Source: an uncultured Acidobacteriota bacterium
Lineage (GTDB): Bacteria > Acidobacteriota > Blastocatellia > RBC074
Length of the DNA stretch: 64,000 nucleotides
Direction of reading: 5' to 3'
Assembly (NCBI GenBank): GCA_963796275.1
Contig: CAWCKY010000006.1
Span: 1,344,001 to 1,408,000 of the forward strand
The notes beneath the pieces were generated by a model that saw only the letters and a list, made by a program, of their open reading frames with translations, searched no databases and was not told the origin of the DNA. A program made the position numbers and the translations under genes. Positions 47,593 through 57,686 of this stretch are shown here, in pieces (positions within the stretch are counted from its first letter, which is position 1; each line of letters starts with the position of its first letter).

Positions 47593-49713
47593 ATGAAACC
47601 TCAGACCATTGTTTCACTGCTTCTGACTCTGGCTCTGATTGAAATAGCTATTATGGCACAAGAAAAAGGTCCCAAACCGCCGGCGGCAAGGAAAGTTCCG
47701 AAGACCACGCAAATTCACGGATACACCGTTGTAGATGATTACGCCTGGCTTGCCGATAAGACGAAGAGCGATCCAGCTGTGCTCTCGTATTTAAAAGCAG
47801 AAGAAGAATATGCCGATAATCTGATGAAACCGTCCGAGGCTTTCCGGAATAAGCTCTACGAAGAGATGCTCGCGCGCATAAAAGAGACGGACGAGAACGT
47901 CCCATACAGGAAGGGAGATTATTTCTACTACTCCCGCACCGAGAAGGGGAAACAATATCCGATTTATTGCCGCAAGAAAGGCGGACTTGAAGCGCGCGAA
48001 GAGATTACGCTCGAGATGAACGAGATGGCGGCGGGTCAGCCATTCTTCAGCATCCGCGCATATAATATCAGCGATGACGGCAATCTCCTCGCCTATTCGA
48101 CCGATACGACAGGCTTTCGCCAGTTCAAAGTGCATGTCAAAGACCTCCGTAACGGGAAGACCGTGGAGAACATCGCCGAGCGCGTGACCTCGGTCGCCTG
48201 GGCCAACGACAATAAGACGCTCATTTACGTACAGGAAGAGGGGACGACCAAGCGCGCACACAAAGTGTTTCGCCACGTTTTAGGCAGCGGCAAGCACGAG
48301 CTGTTGTTCGAAGAGAAGGACGAGCTTTACCGGCTATCGGTCAGCAAAACCCGCAGCACCGGTTACATCTTCGTCGTCTCGGCGAGCTCGACCACAAGTG
48401 AGAACCGTTACCTCCCGGCCAATCATCCGGAAGGTGAGTTGAAACTCTTCCTGCCGCGCAAGGAGAACCACGAATATTACGTCGATCATATCGGAACAAA
48501 TTTCTACATTCGCACCAATGACCAGGGCAAAAACTTCCGGCTCGCGACAGCGGCGGTGAGCGATCCGGCGCCGAAGAACTGGAAAGAGATCATCCCTCAT
48601 CGCAAGGAAGTGATGCTCGAGGATATCGATTGTTTCGCGACCCATTTCATCGCGCTCGAGCGTGAGAATGGCATCCCCAGGATAGAGGTGACCGATCTTA
48701 AAAGCGGGCAGTCGCATTCCGTCGAATTTCCCGAACCGGTCTATGTTGTTGCACCGACGCAGAACCTCGAGTTCGACACGGCCAGGTACCGGATCAGCTA
48801 TCAATCGTTCATCACGCCGGAATCGGTCTACGATTATGACGTCAAAACGAAACAGCGCGAGTTGCTCAAACAGCAGCCGGTGCTCGGCGGCTATGATATG
48901 AATCGTTATAAGTCCGAGCGTCTTTACGCGATGACTTCAGACGGCGCGAAGGTACCGATATCGATCGTCTACAAAAAAGACCTGGCCAGGGACGGCAAGC
49001 GTCCGTTATTGCTCGAAGGCTACGGATCATATGGCATCTCCAACGACGTCGACTTCTCGTCGAATCGCGTCAGCCTGCTCGATCGCGGTGTAATTTACGC
49101 GATTGCCCACATCCGCGGCGGCGGTGAGCTGGGCAAAGAATGGCACGACCGGGGAAAAATGATGGATAAGAGGAATACGTTTACCGATTTCATAGCTTCC
49201 GCCGAATATCTGGTTAAAGAGAAATATACTTCGACTGAACGCCTGGTGATTACGGGAGGGAGCGCCGGCGGCTTACTCATGGGCGCGGTGACGAATATGC
49301 GCCCCGATCTGTTCAAGGCGGTTGTGACATATGTCCCGTTCGTAGATGTCATGAATACGATGCTCGACGCATCATTGCCGCTGACCGTCGGCGAGTATCT
49401 CGAATGGGGCAATCCGAATGAGAAACCGGCCTACGATTACATGCGCGGCTATTCGCCATATGAAAATATCGAGAAGAAAGCCTATCCGACGATGCTGGTG
49501 AGGACCTCGCTCAACGACAGCCAGGTGATGTATTGGGAGCCGGCGAAGTATGTCGCGAGACTACGCGAGATGAAGACTGATAGCAATTTACTGCTCTTCA
49601 AAATCAAACTAGAACCCGGCGGACACGGCGGCGCTTCCGGGCGCTATGACAGACTGCGGGATAATGCGTTCGATTACGCCTTTATCTGCGGACAGTTCGG
49701 AATTACGAAATAA
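47593..49713 (+). CDS. ptrB: oligopeptidase B (S9A)
   Basis: DDYAWL, GYGSYG, HIRGGGELG, GGSAGG, DSQVMYWEPAK, GGHGGASGRY. Confidence 0.93.
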   Translation: MKPQTIVSLLLTLALIEIAIMAQEKGPKPPAARKVPKTTQIHGYTVVDDYAWLADKTKSDPAVLSYLKAEEEYADNLMKPSEAFRNKLYEEMLARIKETDENVPYRKGDYFYYSRTEKGKQYPIYCRKKGGLEAREEITLEMNEMAAGQPFFSIRAYNISDDGNLLAYSTDTTGFRQFKVHVKDLRNGKTVENIAERVTSVAWANDNKTLIYVQEEGTTKRAHKVFRHVLGSGKHELLFEEKDELYRLSVSKTRSTGYIFVVSASSTTSENRYLPANHPEGELKLFLPRKENHEYYVDHIGTNFYIRTNDQGKNFRLATAAVSDPAPKNWKEIIPHRKEVMLEDIDCFATHFIALERENGIPRIEVTDLKSGQSHSVEFPEPVYVVAPTQNLEFDTARYRISYQSFITPESVYDYDVKTKQRELLKQQPVLGGYDMNRYKSERLYAMTSDGAKVPISIVYKKDLARDGKRPLLLEGYGSYGISNDVDFSSNRVSLLDRGVIYAIAHIRGGGELGKEWHDRGKMMDKRNTFTDFIASAEYLVKEKYTSTERLVITGGSAGGLLMGAVTNMRPDLFKAVVTYVPFVDVMNTMLDASLPLTVGEYLEWGNPNEKPAYDYMRGYSPYENIEKKAYPTMLVRTSLNDSQVMYWEPAKYVARLREMKTDSNLLLFKIKLEPGGHGGASGRYDRLRDNAFDYAFICGQFGITK

Positions 49714-50245
49714 TCGGCGAGGGCAATCGCTCCCATTCCTCACGCTCGATCGTATAGACGTAATGAACGAAATCTCTCCAAAAAATCTGTTTCTCGATGT
49801 GTAATCCGTTTTTTTCGGCCACGCGGCGCGAAGCGATATTTTCGGGGCGGATCATTGAAATTATTTGGTGAGACCCCAGTTCGTTGAACGCATAATCCAT
49901 ACAACCGCGCGCCGCTTCGGTGGCCAAGCCTCGGCCCCAATAGTTTTTATTGAATTGATAGCCGACCTCGAGCATTTCGATTCCGCGTACTTCTTGAAAG
50001 AGAAGCCCGCAATCCCCTATCAATTTTTGCTCGCTCTTTAAAATAACGCCCCACAAACCGTGACCGTCTTTATCGTATTGCTTCAATCTGCGGTCGACCC
50101 AATCATCAACCTCTGGTCGCTCGAGCGGTCTGGGGTAGTAACGCATCGTCTCGGAATCACATAGAATCAAGGCAAGATCATCGGCATCGGACGGAACGAG
50201 TTCTCGCAGGATCAATCGGTCTGTTTTTAAAATCACTTTGTTCAT
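49703..50245 (-). CDS. RimJ/RimL-type GNAT acetyltransferase
   Basis: TDRLILR, EVGY, YWGRGLATEAA, ENIASRRVAEKNG. Confidence 0.92.
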   Translation of the reverse strand: MNKVILKTDRLILRELVPSDADDLALILCDSETMRYYPRPLERPEVDDWVDRRLKQYDKDGHGLWGVILKSEQKLIGDCGLLFQEVRGIEMLEVGYQFNKNYWGRGLATEAARGCMDYAFNELGSHQIISMIRPENIASRRVAEKNGLHIEKQIFWRDFVHYVYTIEREEWERLPSPIIS

Positions 50246-50354
50246 AGATTAAAAGTGAGTTCTGCACGACACGAGTATCAGTAAGATTACAAAAATAAAA
50301 AACTTTGGGTTTCCGTTTACTTCCCACTAGATTGTCATTATAAAGAGGTTAACA

Positions 50355-51098
50355 ATGAACGATCAATTCAAAGATCAGGTCGCAATAATCACAGGTGCGG
50401 CCTCGGGATTAGGCTTGGCGATCGCGAAAAAGCTCGTAAGCGAAGGAGCAAAAGTCGCCATGCTGGATTTGAATCGCAATCTGCATGCGGTAGCCGAAGA
50501 AGCCGGGGCTGGTTTTGCGGCTTATGATGTTGATGTGACGAACGAGAGTCAGGTCAATCGTATAATCGCTGAAATCGCGAGTGCATTCGGTCGTATCGAC
50601 GTCCTGGTTAATAGTGCGGGCGCTACCGGTAAGACCGGTATCAAAAGCCATGAAGTCGATCTGAGCGATTTCCGATTCGTCTTTGACGTCAACGTCACCG
50701 GTTCGTTTCTGACATCGCGCGCGGTTCTGCCGCACATGCTAGCGCGCCAATATGGGCGCATCCTTCACATCGCCTCGATTTCCGGCAAAGAGGGGAATGC
50801 GGGGATGCTGGCATATTCGGCCGCGAAAGCGGCGGTCATCGGAATGGCGAAGGTGCAGGGGAAGGAGTATGCGGAGAACGGGATCACTGTGAACGCGCTC
50901 GCGCCGGCCGTCATTCGCACACCGATGGTGGACGCATTGCCCGAGGCTCAGGTGAAATACATGACCGATAAGATCCCCATGAAACGTTGTGGGACGCTGG
51001 AAGAGATTGCACAGATGGCGGCATTCATCGTCTCGCCGGGGGCGAGTTTTACCAGCGGATTCACTTTCGATATGACGGGCGGCAGGGCTACTTATTGA
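50355..51098 (+). CDS. SDR, 2-keto-3-deoxy-L-rhamnonate dehydrogenase (LRA5)-like
   Basis: TGAASGLG, ASISGKEGN, YSAAK, C-terminal FDMTGGRATY. Confidence 0.75.
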   Translation: MNDQFKDQVAIITGAASGLGLAIAKKLVSEGAKVAMLDLNRNLHAVAEEAGAGFAAYDVDVTNESQVNRIIAEIASAFGRIDVLVNSAGATGKTGIKSHEVDLSDFRFVFDVNVTGSFLTSRAVLPHMLARQYGRILHIASISGKEGNAGMLAYSAAKAAVIGMAKVQGKEYAENGITVNALAPAVIRTPMVDALPEAQVKYMTDKIPMKRCGTLEEIAQMAAFIVSPGASFTSGFTFDMTGGRATY

Positions 51099-51099
51099 G

Positions 51100-51152
51100 A
51101 AGCGCCTGGGTACGCATGCTTCCAGGCTGGAAGCATGCGTACCCAGGCGCTT
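51100..51152. repeat. perfect 26-bp inverted repeat with 1-nt spacer (REP-like)
   Basis: AAGCGCCTGGGTACGCATGCTTCCAG-G-CTGGAAGCATGCGTACCCAGGCGCTT. Confidence 0.92.
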
Positions 51153-51170
51153 TCCAGAGGAGACAAACTC

Positions 51171-51485
51171 GTGATTCGTAAAGCCTTTTTGATGACCCTC
51201 AAAGCTGGCCATCAAGAAGAGTATGAACGCCGTCATAAACCCATCTGGCCGGAATTGCAGGATGTTCTGCGTAAGCACGGCGTACATAATTACTCGATCT
51301 TTCTCGATCGTCAGACCGACCGGCTTTATGCTTACGCCGAAATCGAGTCCGATGAGTTGTGGCGGCAGATCGCGCAGACGGAAGTCTGCCAACGCTGGTG
51401 GCACCACATGGAAGAGTTGATGCTCACCAATAAAGATCATAGTCCATTGGCGACCGACCTGGATGAAGTCTTCCATTTCGACTGA
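51171..51485 (+). CDS. rhaM: L-rhamnose mutarotase
   Basis: EEYERRHKPIWPEL, GVHNYSIFLD, CQRWW, EVFHFD; GTG start after GAGGAG. Confidence 0.92.
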   Translation: MIRKAFLMTLKAGHQEEYERRHKPIWPELQDVLRKHGVHNYSIFLDRQTDRLYAYAEIESDELWRQIAQTEVCQRWWHHMEELMLTNKDHSPLATDLDEVFHFD

Positions 51486-51496
51486 GTGAAAATGTT

Positions 51497-52264
51497 ATGG
51501 GCGAACGTTTGAAAGGCAAAGTTGCGATAGTTACGGGCGGCGGTTCGGGTATTGGCCGAGCCACTTGCGAACTCTTCGCCGAGGAGGGCGCGCAGGTCGT
51601 CGTGGCAGACATTGAACAACGACAGGGCGAATCTGTCGCAGCTGACATAAATAGTAGCGGCGGCCAGGCGAACTTCGTCCTCACCGACATCTCTCGTGAA
51701 GAGGATGCCGCACGGCTGACGAGTGAGACGGTCAGAAACTTCGGCGGAGTGGATATTCTCGTCAACAATGCCGCAGTCTTCGTATTGAAAGGTATTGAGG
51801 CGACGATCGATGATTGGCGCCGCAGCCTTGATGTCAACGTCATCGGGCCATCGCTCGTGAGTAAGTTTGCCGTGGCGGAGATGAAGAAGCGGGGAAGCGG
51901 CGCAATCGTCAATCTCGGCTCGATGTCGAGTTTTATCGCACAACCTAATTTCGTGACATACAGCGCCACCAAAGCCGCGATGGTTCAGATGACGAGGAAT
52001 ATGGCGATGGACCTGGCGCCTTTCAAGATCAGGGTCAATTGCGTCTGCCCCGGCACGATTATCACACAGGCTACCGAACGACATCGCGCGCAGATCGGCA
52101 TCACACTTGAGCAGTTTATGGCCGAAGAAGGGGCGAAACATTTGCTCAATCGCGTCGGCCAACCGCGCGAAGTGGCTTGCGCGATTCTTTTCCTGGCTTC
52201 GGATGAAGCCTCTTTCATCACCGGCACGCATTTGATGGTCGATGGCGGATACACCGCACAGTGA
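51497..52264 (+). CDS. SDR family oxidoreductase
   Basis: TGGGSGIG, VNNAA, YSATK, VDGGYTA. Confidence 0.93.
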   Translation: MGERLKGKVAIVTGGGSGIGRATCELFAEEGAQVVVADIEQRQGESVAADINSSGGQANFVLTDISREEDAARLTSETVRNFGGVDILVNNAAVFVLKGIEATIDDWRRSLDVNVIGPSLVSKFAVAEMKKRGSGAIVNLGSMSSFIAQPNFVTYSATKAAMVQMTRNMAMDLAPFKIRVNCVCPGTIITQATERHRAQIGITLEQFMAEEGAKHLLNRVGQPREVACAILFLASDEASFITGTHLMVDGGYTAQ

Positions 52265-52485
52265 TTCAATGCTGCCATTCCCAGTGGCGGGTTCAGGTAG
52301 ATCGGCCAAGCGTTATGGCATTAACTTAGCACTCACAACTCACTCAAATTGAGTATTGAAGCATCGCTCAGGAAAGCCGGATATCAGTTCCTTCAATAAT
52401 ATCCAATGATCGATTCTCATGGCGAACTCGTTTTATCTCTTTTTGTGGTTTTTGTAGAGTCGGCCATATCGAAAATGAGGGCATA

Positions 52486-53856
52486 GTGAAAGGCCTGTTG
52501 TTTATCATTCTAGTTATCGCGGCGATCGCATTCCCACAAGGAAAAAAGCCCAACATTATCTTCATCCTCGCCGATGATCTGGGATATGGCGATTTGAGCT
52601 GCTTCGGCCAGCAAAAGTTCAAGACGCCCGCCATCGATCGTCTCGCGGCGGAAGGCACGCGATTTACTCAATATTATGCCGGCAGCACCGTTTGCGCCCC
52701 GTCGCGCAGCGTTCTGATGACCGGCCAGCACACCGGTCACACCCGTATTCGCGGGAACGCGCGATATCCGCTTCTGCCGGAGGATGTGACCGTCGCTGAA
52801 GTATTGAAATCCGCCGGCTACCACACAGGTTTAATCGGAAAATGGGGATTGGGGGAGGCCGGGACATCGGGCATCCCCAACCGCCAGGGGTTCGATTATT
52901 TCTACGGTTATCTCAATCAAAAACACGCTCACAACTACTATCCGACTTTCCTCTGGCGCAACGAGGACAAAGTTATGTTGCACAACACCGTGCCGAACGA
53001 AGACCAGGAGGGGGCGGGCGTTTCGGACAATAAACTCGATTACAGCCACGACCTCTTCACTAAGGAGGCCATCAGTTTTTTGGAAAAGAGTGCCGGCCGA
53101 CCATTCTACCTCTACCTCTCCTACACTACTCCACACGCGAACAATGAGGCGAAGGCGAAAGGGATGGAGGTGCCCGATCTTGGCGAGTTCGCCGGCAAAG
53201 ACTGGCCCGACGCCGAGAAGGCAAAAGCTGCGATGATAACGCGGATGGACAGAGATGTCGGGCGACTGATGGAGCTTTTGAAGCGATTGAGTATCGATGA
53301 CAACACAATTGTGTTCTTTTCGAGCGACAATGGACCGCACAAGGAGGGAGGCGCCGATCCCGATTTTCATGATAGCAACGGGCCATTGCGCGGCATCAAG
53401 CGCGATCTTTATGAAGGAGGCATCCGTGTGCCGATGATCGTGCGCTGGCCTGGTAAGGTGAAATCTAGTGCAGAGAGCCGTCAGATATGGTCGCATTCCG
53501 ATTTTCTGCCGACAGCGGCGGAGATCGCCGGGGCTCAACCGCCAGCGAGCATCGACGGCATCTCGATGCTTCCGGCAATACTCGGGAAGAAACAGAAGAA
53601 TCATGAATTTCTATACTGGGAATTCCACGAGAGGGGTTTCAAGCAGGCGGTTAGAATGGGCGATTGGAAGGCCGTGCGCCGCGGTCCAGGTGCGCCGCTC
53701 GAACTCTATGACCTCAAGACGGATGCCGGCGAGCAGAAGGACCTTGCGGAAAAGCATCCCGAGATTGTGAAGAGAATTGAAACTTATCTCAAATCTGCTC
53801 GCACCGAATCTCCTCAATGGCCGGTAAAGAAAGATGAAGAGGACAGAAGGCAGTGA
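52486..53856 (+). CDS. secreted S1 sulfatase (arylsulfatase-like)
   Basis: PNIIFILADDLG, CAPSR formylglycine motif, GKWGLG, SSDNG, YEGGIRVP. Confidence 0.95.
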   Translation: MKGLLFIILVIAAIAFPQGKKPNIIFILADDLGYGDLSCFGQQKFKTPAIDRLAAEGTRFTQYYAGSTVCAPSRSVLMTGQHTGHTRIRGNARYPLLPEDVTVAEVLKSAGYHTGLIGKWGLGEAGTSGIPNRQGFDYFYGYLNQKHAHNYYPTFLWRNEDKVMLHNTVPNEDQEGAGVSDNKLDYSHDLFTKEAISFLEKSAGRPFYLYLSYTTPHANNEAKAKGMEVPDLGEFAGKDWPDAEKAKAAMITRMDRDVGRLMELLKRLSIDDNTIVFFSSDNGPHKEGGADPDFHDSNGPLRGIKRDLYEGGIRVPMIVRWPGKVKSSAESRQIWSHSDFLPTAAEIAGAQPPASIDGISMLPAILGKKQKNHEFLYWEFHERGFKQAVRMGDWKAVRRGPGAPLELYDLKTDAGEQKDLAEKHPEIVKRIETYLKSARTESPQWPVKKDEEDRRQ

Positions 53857-54164
53857 ATTGTTAGGTTGCTATTATTTTGATGCTTGACTATACTCTCGCC
53901 TCCGAGTGAGCATTGATAGTTGGGCGCCAACAAATCACCTATACATAATTAAATAACAGGTGCCGGCTATATTAGCGATTGATCTTTCTTCGAGGCCAGA
54001 TAAGAGAAAGTAGCTCCTCCCATTTGGGTTCTCATCACTCATTTCGATTCCAGGTTAGCTCAGCTGCGTTGATCTCTATTTCTTGTTCTTGGTGTTATGG
54101 ATTTTGTGGATTCATTCACAGGACTCCCTGCATCAGTCACAAATAATTCCAAGGAGGGAAGAAT

Positions 54165-57100
54165 ATGAAACGCACAGGAAAAGTGCTCCAGGCATGTGTG
54201 CTTATACTGGGGGCAGTAATTGCTCTTTCAGGATCGTGTTTAGCGCAGACCTATACCGCAACTTTAACAGGGACAGTCACCGACCCTAGCGGGGCGGCCG
54301 TTCCAAATGCAAAGGTGATAGCTGTCAACCAGGGGACGAAGCTCGAATATGCGGCTCAGAGCAGCGATTCAGGGGTATACACGATTCCTTTTTTGCCGAT
54401 CGGCGATTATGTCATGACAGCGGAAGCGGCCGGGTTCAGAAAACTCGTCTCAACCTCGATCAAGCTTGAAATAAACCAGATCGCCCGCATCGATCTGAAG
54501 ATGGTCATCGGCGATTTAACGCAGGAAGTGACGATCAGCGAGGTGGCGCCGGTTTTGCAGACGGAGAACGTAACCGTCGGTCAGGTGATCACGGGGAATA
54601 CGACGGTCAATCTACCGCTCAACGGGCGTAACTTCCAGCAACTCACTCTGCTCGTTCCGGGAGCGGTCTCACCCAATCCGGCAGGGTTCAATAACGTCAG
54701 TCTGCAGAACGGGCAGGGGCGTCCTTATGTCAATGGGAATCGTGAACAGGGGAATGCATTTCTGCTCGACGGGATTTCGATCGATGAGACGATTGACAAC
54801 CGCATCGGCTACAAGCCGAATGTCGACGCGATCGCGGAATTCAAAGTTGAAACGAGCAACTCCTCCTCTGAATTCGGCAACGTCACGGGCGCAACGGTCA
54901 ATGCGACGTTGAAGTCCGGGACGAACGAATTTCACGGCAATCTCTTTGAGTTCTTTCGCAACGACGCGCTCGACGCCAATATCTGGGAAAACAATCGCAC
55001 CGGCGCTGCCAAACAAAAGCTCCGTCAAAATGTCTTCGGCGGAACGCTCGGCGGCCCGATCATCAAAAACAGGATATTTTTCTTCACCGATTATCAAGGC
55101 ACCGTTCGCCGCACCGGCGGTGGCATGTCAACCAATGTCGCTCCGGGTGATTGGCGCAACGGCAACCTCTCAAGCCTCTTGACCTTGCGCAATGCGGCTG
55201 GACAACCGGCGCCAGTATTTATCAGGGACCCGAGGGAGGAGGGAAGTTGCAATGCGACCGATCAGACTGCTTGCTTCCCCGGAAATATCATTCCACGCGA
55301 TCGTATCGTAAACCCGGCCGCCAATGCCTTGTTCAGTAATCTGACTAACTATCCTTTACCACAGCGCATTGACTCACAAACGCTCGTCGGCATCTACACG
55401 GATACCATATCAAATAGGCTCGACGGCCATCAGTTCGACGTCAAGCTGGATGCTCGGTTGACGGACAGGGATAACCTCTCAGGTCGCTATTCATTCGGTA
55501 ATTTTAACGAGGTCGGGGACAGGGGCAGATTGCCGCTAATACCTACAACGAAGAGCTTCAACCGCCCACAGAACATCGTTCTGAATTGGACGAGGACCAT
55601 CACCCCGACGATCGTCAATGAGGCGCGAGTCGGATTCAACCGCGCAGTCTTCATCAGCGATGCATTGGATTGGGCCGGCATAGGAAATGCGAACGCGGGA
55701 TTCGGAATTCCCGGAGGTCAGGTGGTGCCGGGGTTGAGCCTGCTCGCAATGGGCAATGGTCTAACCGACGTCGGCGGCCGAGTGATTACGGAAGATAATG
55801 TCGCCAATACCTTCCACTACGGTGACACCCTCTCGATCTCGAAGGGCCGCCACTTTATGAAGCTGGGCGCGCAGCTTCAACGCTACCAGCAGAACCGGTT
55901 CTATCCGGGCAATAACGGTCTGCTCGGGGGATTCACCTATAACGGGACATTCACAGGCTCGGCGTTTGCCGATTTCCTGCTCAATCAGTTGCAGAACAAG
56001 AGCATCGGAAGCCAGAGCGGCACATGGGGGCACCGGCAGAACCGAATCGGTGTTTTCTTTCAGGATGACTTCAAGGTCCGAAACAATCTCACGCTCAATC
56101 TCGGCGTTAGATGGGAGTACACATCGCCTGTGGTTGAGGTCGCGGATCGCCAGTCGAACTTTGAGCTTTCCAGCGGACGCCAACTCTTCGCCGGCCAGGA
56201 TGGCAATAGTCGCGCGCTGTATGATCCGTATTACAAGGGCTTTGAGCCGCGCATTGGTTTTGCCTGGACGCCAGGTGGGACAGATAGCAGGCTGGTTATT
56301 CGCGCCGGTTATGGCATCACTCAGTATATGGAAGGCACTGGCGCCAATCTGCGGTTGCCTTTGAATCCACCGATCTTCTCGGAAGCCGACCTTTCCTTTG
56401 ACCGAATATCCGGTCCCGGGACGATCGGAACAGGCTTTACGGGTGTCATCACCCGCGATAAGCCTGCAGGCTTGATTCGGGTGTGGGATCCGAACCTTCG
56501 CCCTCAATTCACGCAACAGTGGAATTTAACGGTCGAATATCAGCTGTCCAACTCATTGGTTGTATCAGGCGCCTATGTGGGCCACAACGCGACGCATCTG
56601 GTAGCTCCTACAGATTTCAACCAGCCGCTGCCGGGCCCGGCAAACGTCGCTCCTTCGCGCTGGCCTGCGTTCAATTCACGCAGGCCGCTGTTCCGCTTCT
56701 CTGATCTCGAAGACGTCACTCAGATCAGCGGCACCGCTTCGTGGGCGATAAGCAACTACAATGCCTTCCAGGCCAATGTTCGCCAGCGCTACGCGAAAGG
56801 GTTTGAATTTCTGGCATCATACACTTTCAGCAAGACGCTGACCGATAACCTGGGTTATTACGGTGGTGGGGTCAATGCGACGGGGGCTCGCAATGTAGCG
56901 GGTCAATCGGCATATTCGTACAACCAGTATGCGCAGCGGCTGTACAACTACGGCCCGGCGTTTTTCGATGCTCGCCACAACTTTTCCTTTTCGGGCGTTT
57001 ATGAACTGCCAGTGGGCAAGGGGCGAACTTATGGAAGCGCCTGGCAGCCGTGGGTGAACGCGGTTCTGGGGGGATGGAACATCAGCAGCATACTCCAGCT

Positions 57101-57512
57101 TCGTACGGGCTTCCCGATGACTGTGACGACGTCGAATGACAACTCATTCCAGAATCCACGCGGCGGCCAAAAACCGGATCTGATTGGCGATCCGAAACCC
57201 GCCGATCAATCGATCGAGCGATGGGTTGATCGGAGTGTTTTCCGCCAGCCTGCTGATGGGACGTTTGGCAACTCGCCGGTTGGCGCGCTCCGCGCCCCCG
57301 GTTTCGCAAATTGGGATTTCGGGGTTGGGAAGAAGTTTTACGTGAAGGAGAACAATTATTTTGATTTCCGCGCGGAGTTTTTTAACTTCACCAACCATCC
57401 CAGCTTCGGGCCGCCGCCGACAAACTTCAACGATCCGAATACTTTCGGGATAATCACATACACCGTGAGCGCGCCTCGAATTCTTGAATTCGTGTTGAAA
57501 TATAATTTCTAA
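54165..57512 (+). CDS. Oar-type TonB-dependent receptor
   Basis: LPLNGRNFQQLTLLVPG, KSGTNEFHGNLFEFFRN, C-terminal LKYNF; AAGGAGG RBS. Confidence 0.95.
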   Translation: MKRTGKVLQACVLILGAVIALSGSCLAQTYTATLTGTVTDPSGAAVPNAKVIAVNQGTKLEYAAQSSDSGVYTIPFLPIGDYVMTAEAAGFRKLVSTSIKLEINQIARIDLKMVIGDLTQEVTISEVAPVLQTENVTVGQVITGNTTVNLPLNGRNFQQLTLLVPGAVSPNPAGFNNVSLQNGQGRPYVNGNREQGNAFLLDGISIDETIDNRIGYKPNVDAIAEFKVETSNSSSEFGNVTGATVNATLKSGTNEFHGNLFEFFRNDALDANIWENNRTGAAKQKLRQNVFGGTLGGPIIKNRIFFFTDYQGTVRRTGGGMSTNVAPGDWRNGNLSSLLTLRNAAGQPAPVFIRDPREEGSCNATDQTACFPGNIIPRDRIVNPAANALFSNLTNYPLPQRIDSQTLVGIYTDTISNRLDGHQFDVKLDARLTDRDNLSGRYSFGNFNEVGDRGRLPLIPTTKSFNRPQNIVLNWTRTITPTIVNEARVGFNRAVFISDALDWAGIGNANAGFGIPGGQVVPGLSLLAMGNGLTDVGGRVITEDNVANTFHYGDTLSISKGRHFMKLGAQLQRYQQNRFYPGNNGLLGGFTYNGTFTGSAFADFLLNQLQNKSIGSQSGTWGHRQNRIGVFFQDDFKVRNNLTLNLGVRWEYTSPVVEVADRQSNFELSSGRQLFAGQDGNSRALYDPYYKGFEPRIGFAWTPGGTDSRLVIRAGYGITQYMEGTGANLRLPLNPPIFSEADLSFDRISGPGTIGTGFTGVITRDKPAGLIRVWDPNLRPQFTQQWNLTVEYQLSNSLVVSGAYVGHNATHLVAPTDFNQPLPGPANVAPSRWPAFNSRRPLFRFSDLEDVTQISGTASWAISNYNAFQANVRQRYAKGFEFLASYTFSKTLTDNLGYYGGGVNATGARNVAGQSAYSYNQYAQRLYNYGPAFFDARHNFSFSGVYELPVGKGRTYGSAWQPWVNAVLGGWNISSILQLRTGFPMTVTTSNDNSFQNPRGGQKPDLIGDPKPADQSIERWVDRSVFRQPADGTFGNSPVGALRAPGFANWDFGVGKKFYVKENNYFDFRAEFFNFTNHPSFGPPPTNFNDPNTFGIITYTVSAPRILEFVLKYNF

Positions 57513-57686
57513 CGAGAGGAGAATTCATCACAAAAAACACAATGGGAGATCAGAAGGCACATATTTGTGTCTTCTGATCTATTGTGATTTTTTTGGTTAT
57601 TCTTCATCACCTATCCTCACATCAGCGGATAAAAGCTACAATCGCCGAAATAGCGATAAACCAACAAGAAAGGGCCGCTCAATGGC

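Noticed and set aside
52326-52360. CIRCE (HrcA) operator
   Set aside because: Only the TTAGCACTC half is present. GAGTGCTAA does not follow at 9 nt, and no chaperone gene lies downstream.
53919-53931. GTTGG-GCG-CCAAC palindrome upstream of the TBDR as an operator
   Set aside because: Too short, and no cognate regulator is nearby.
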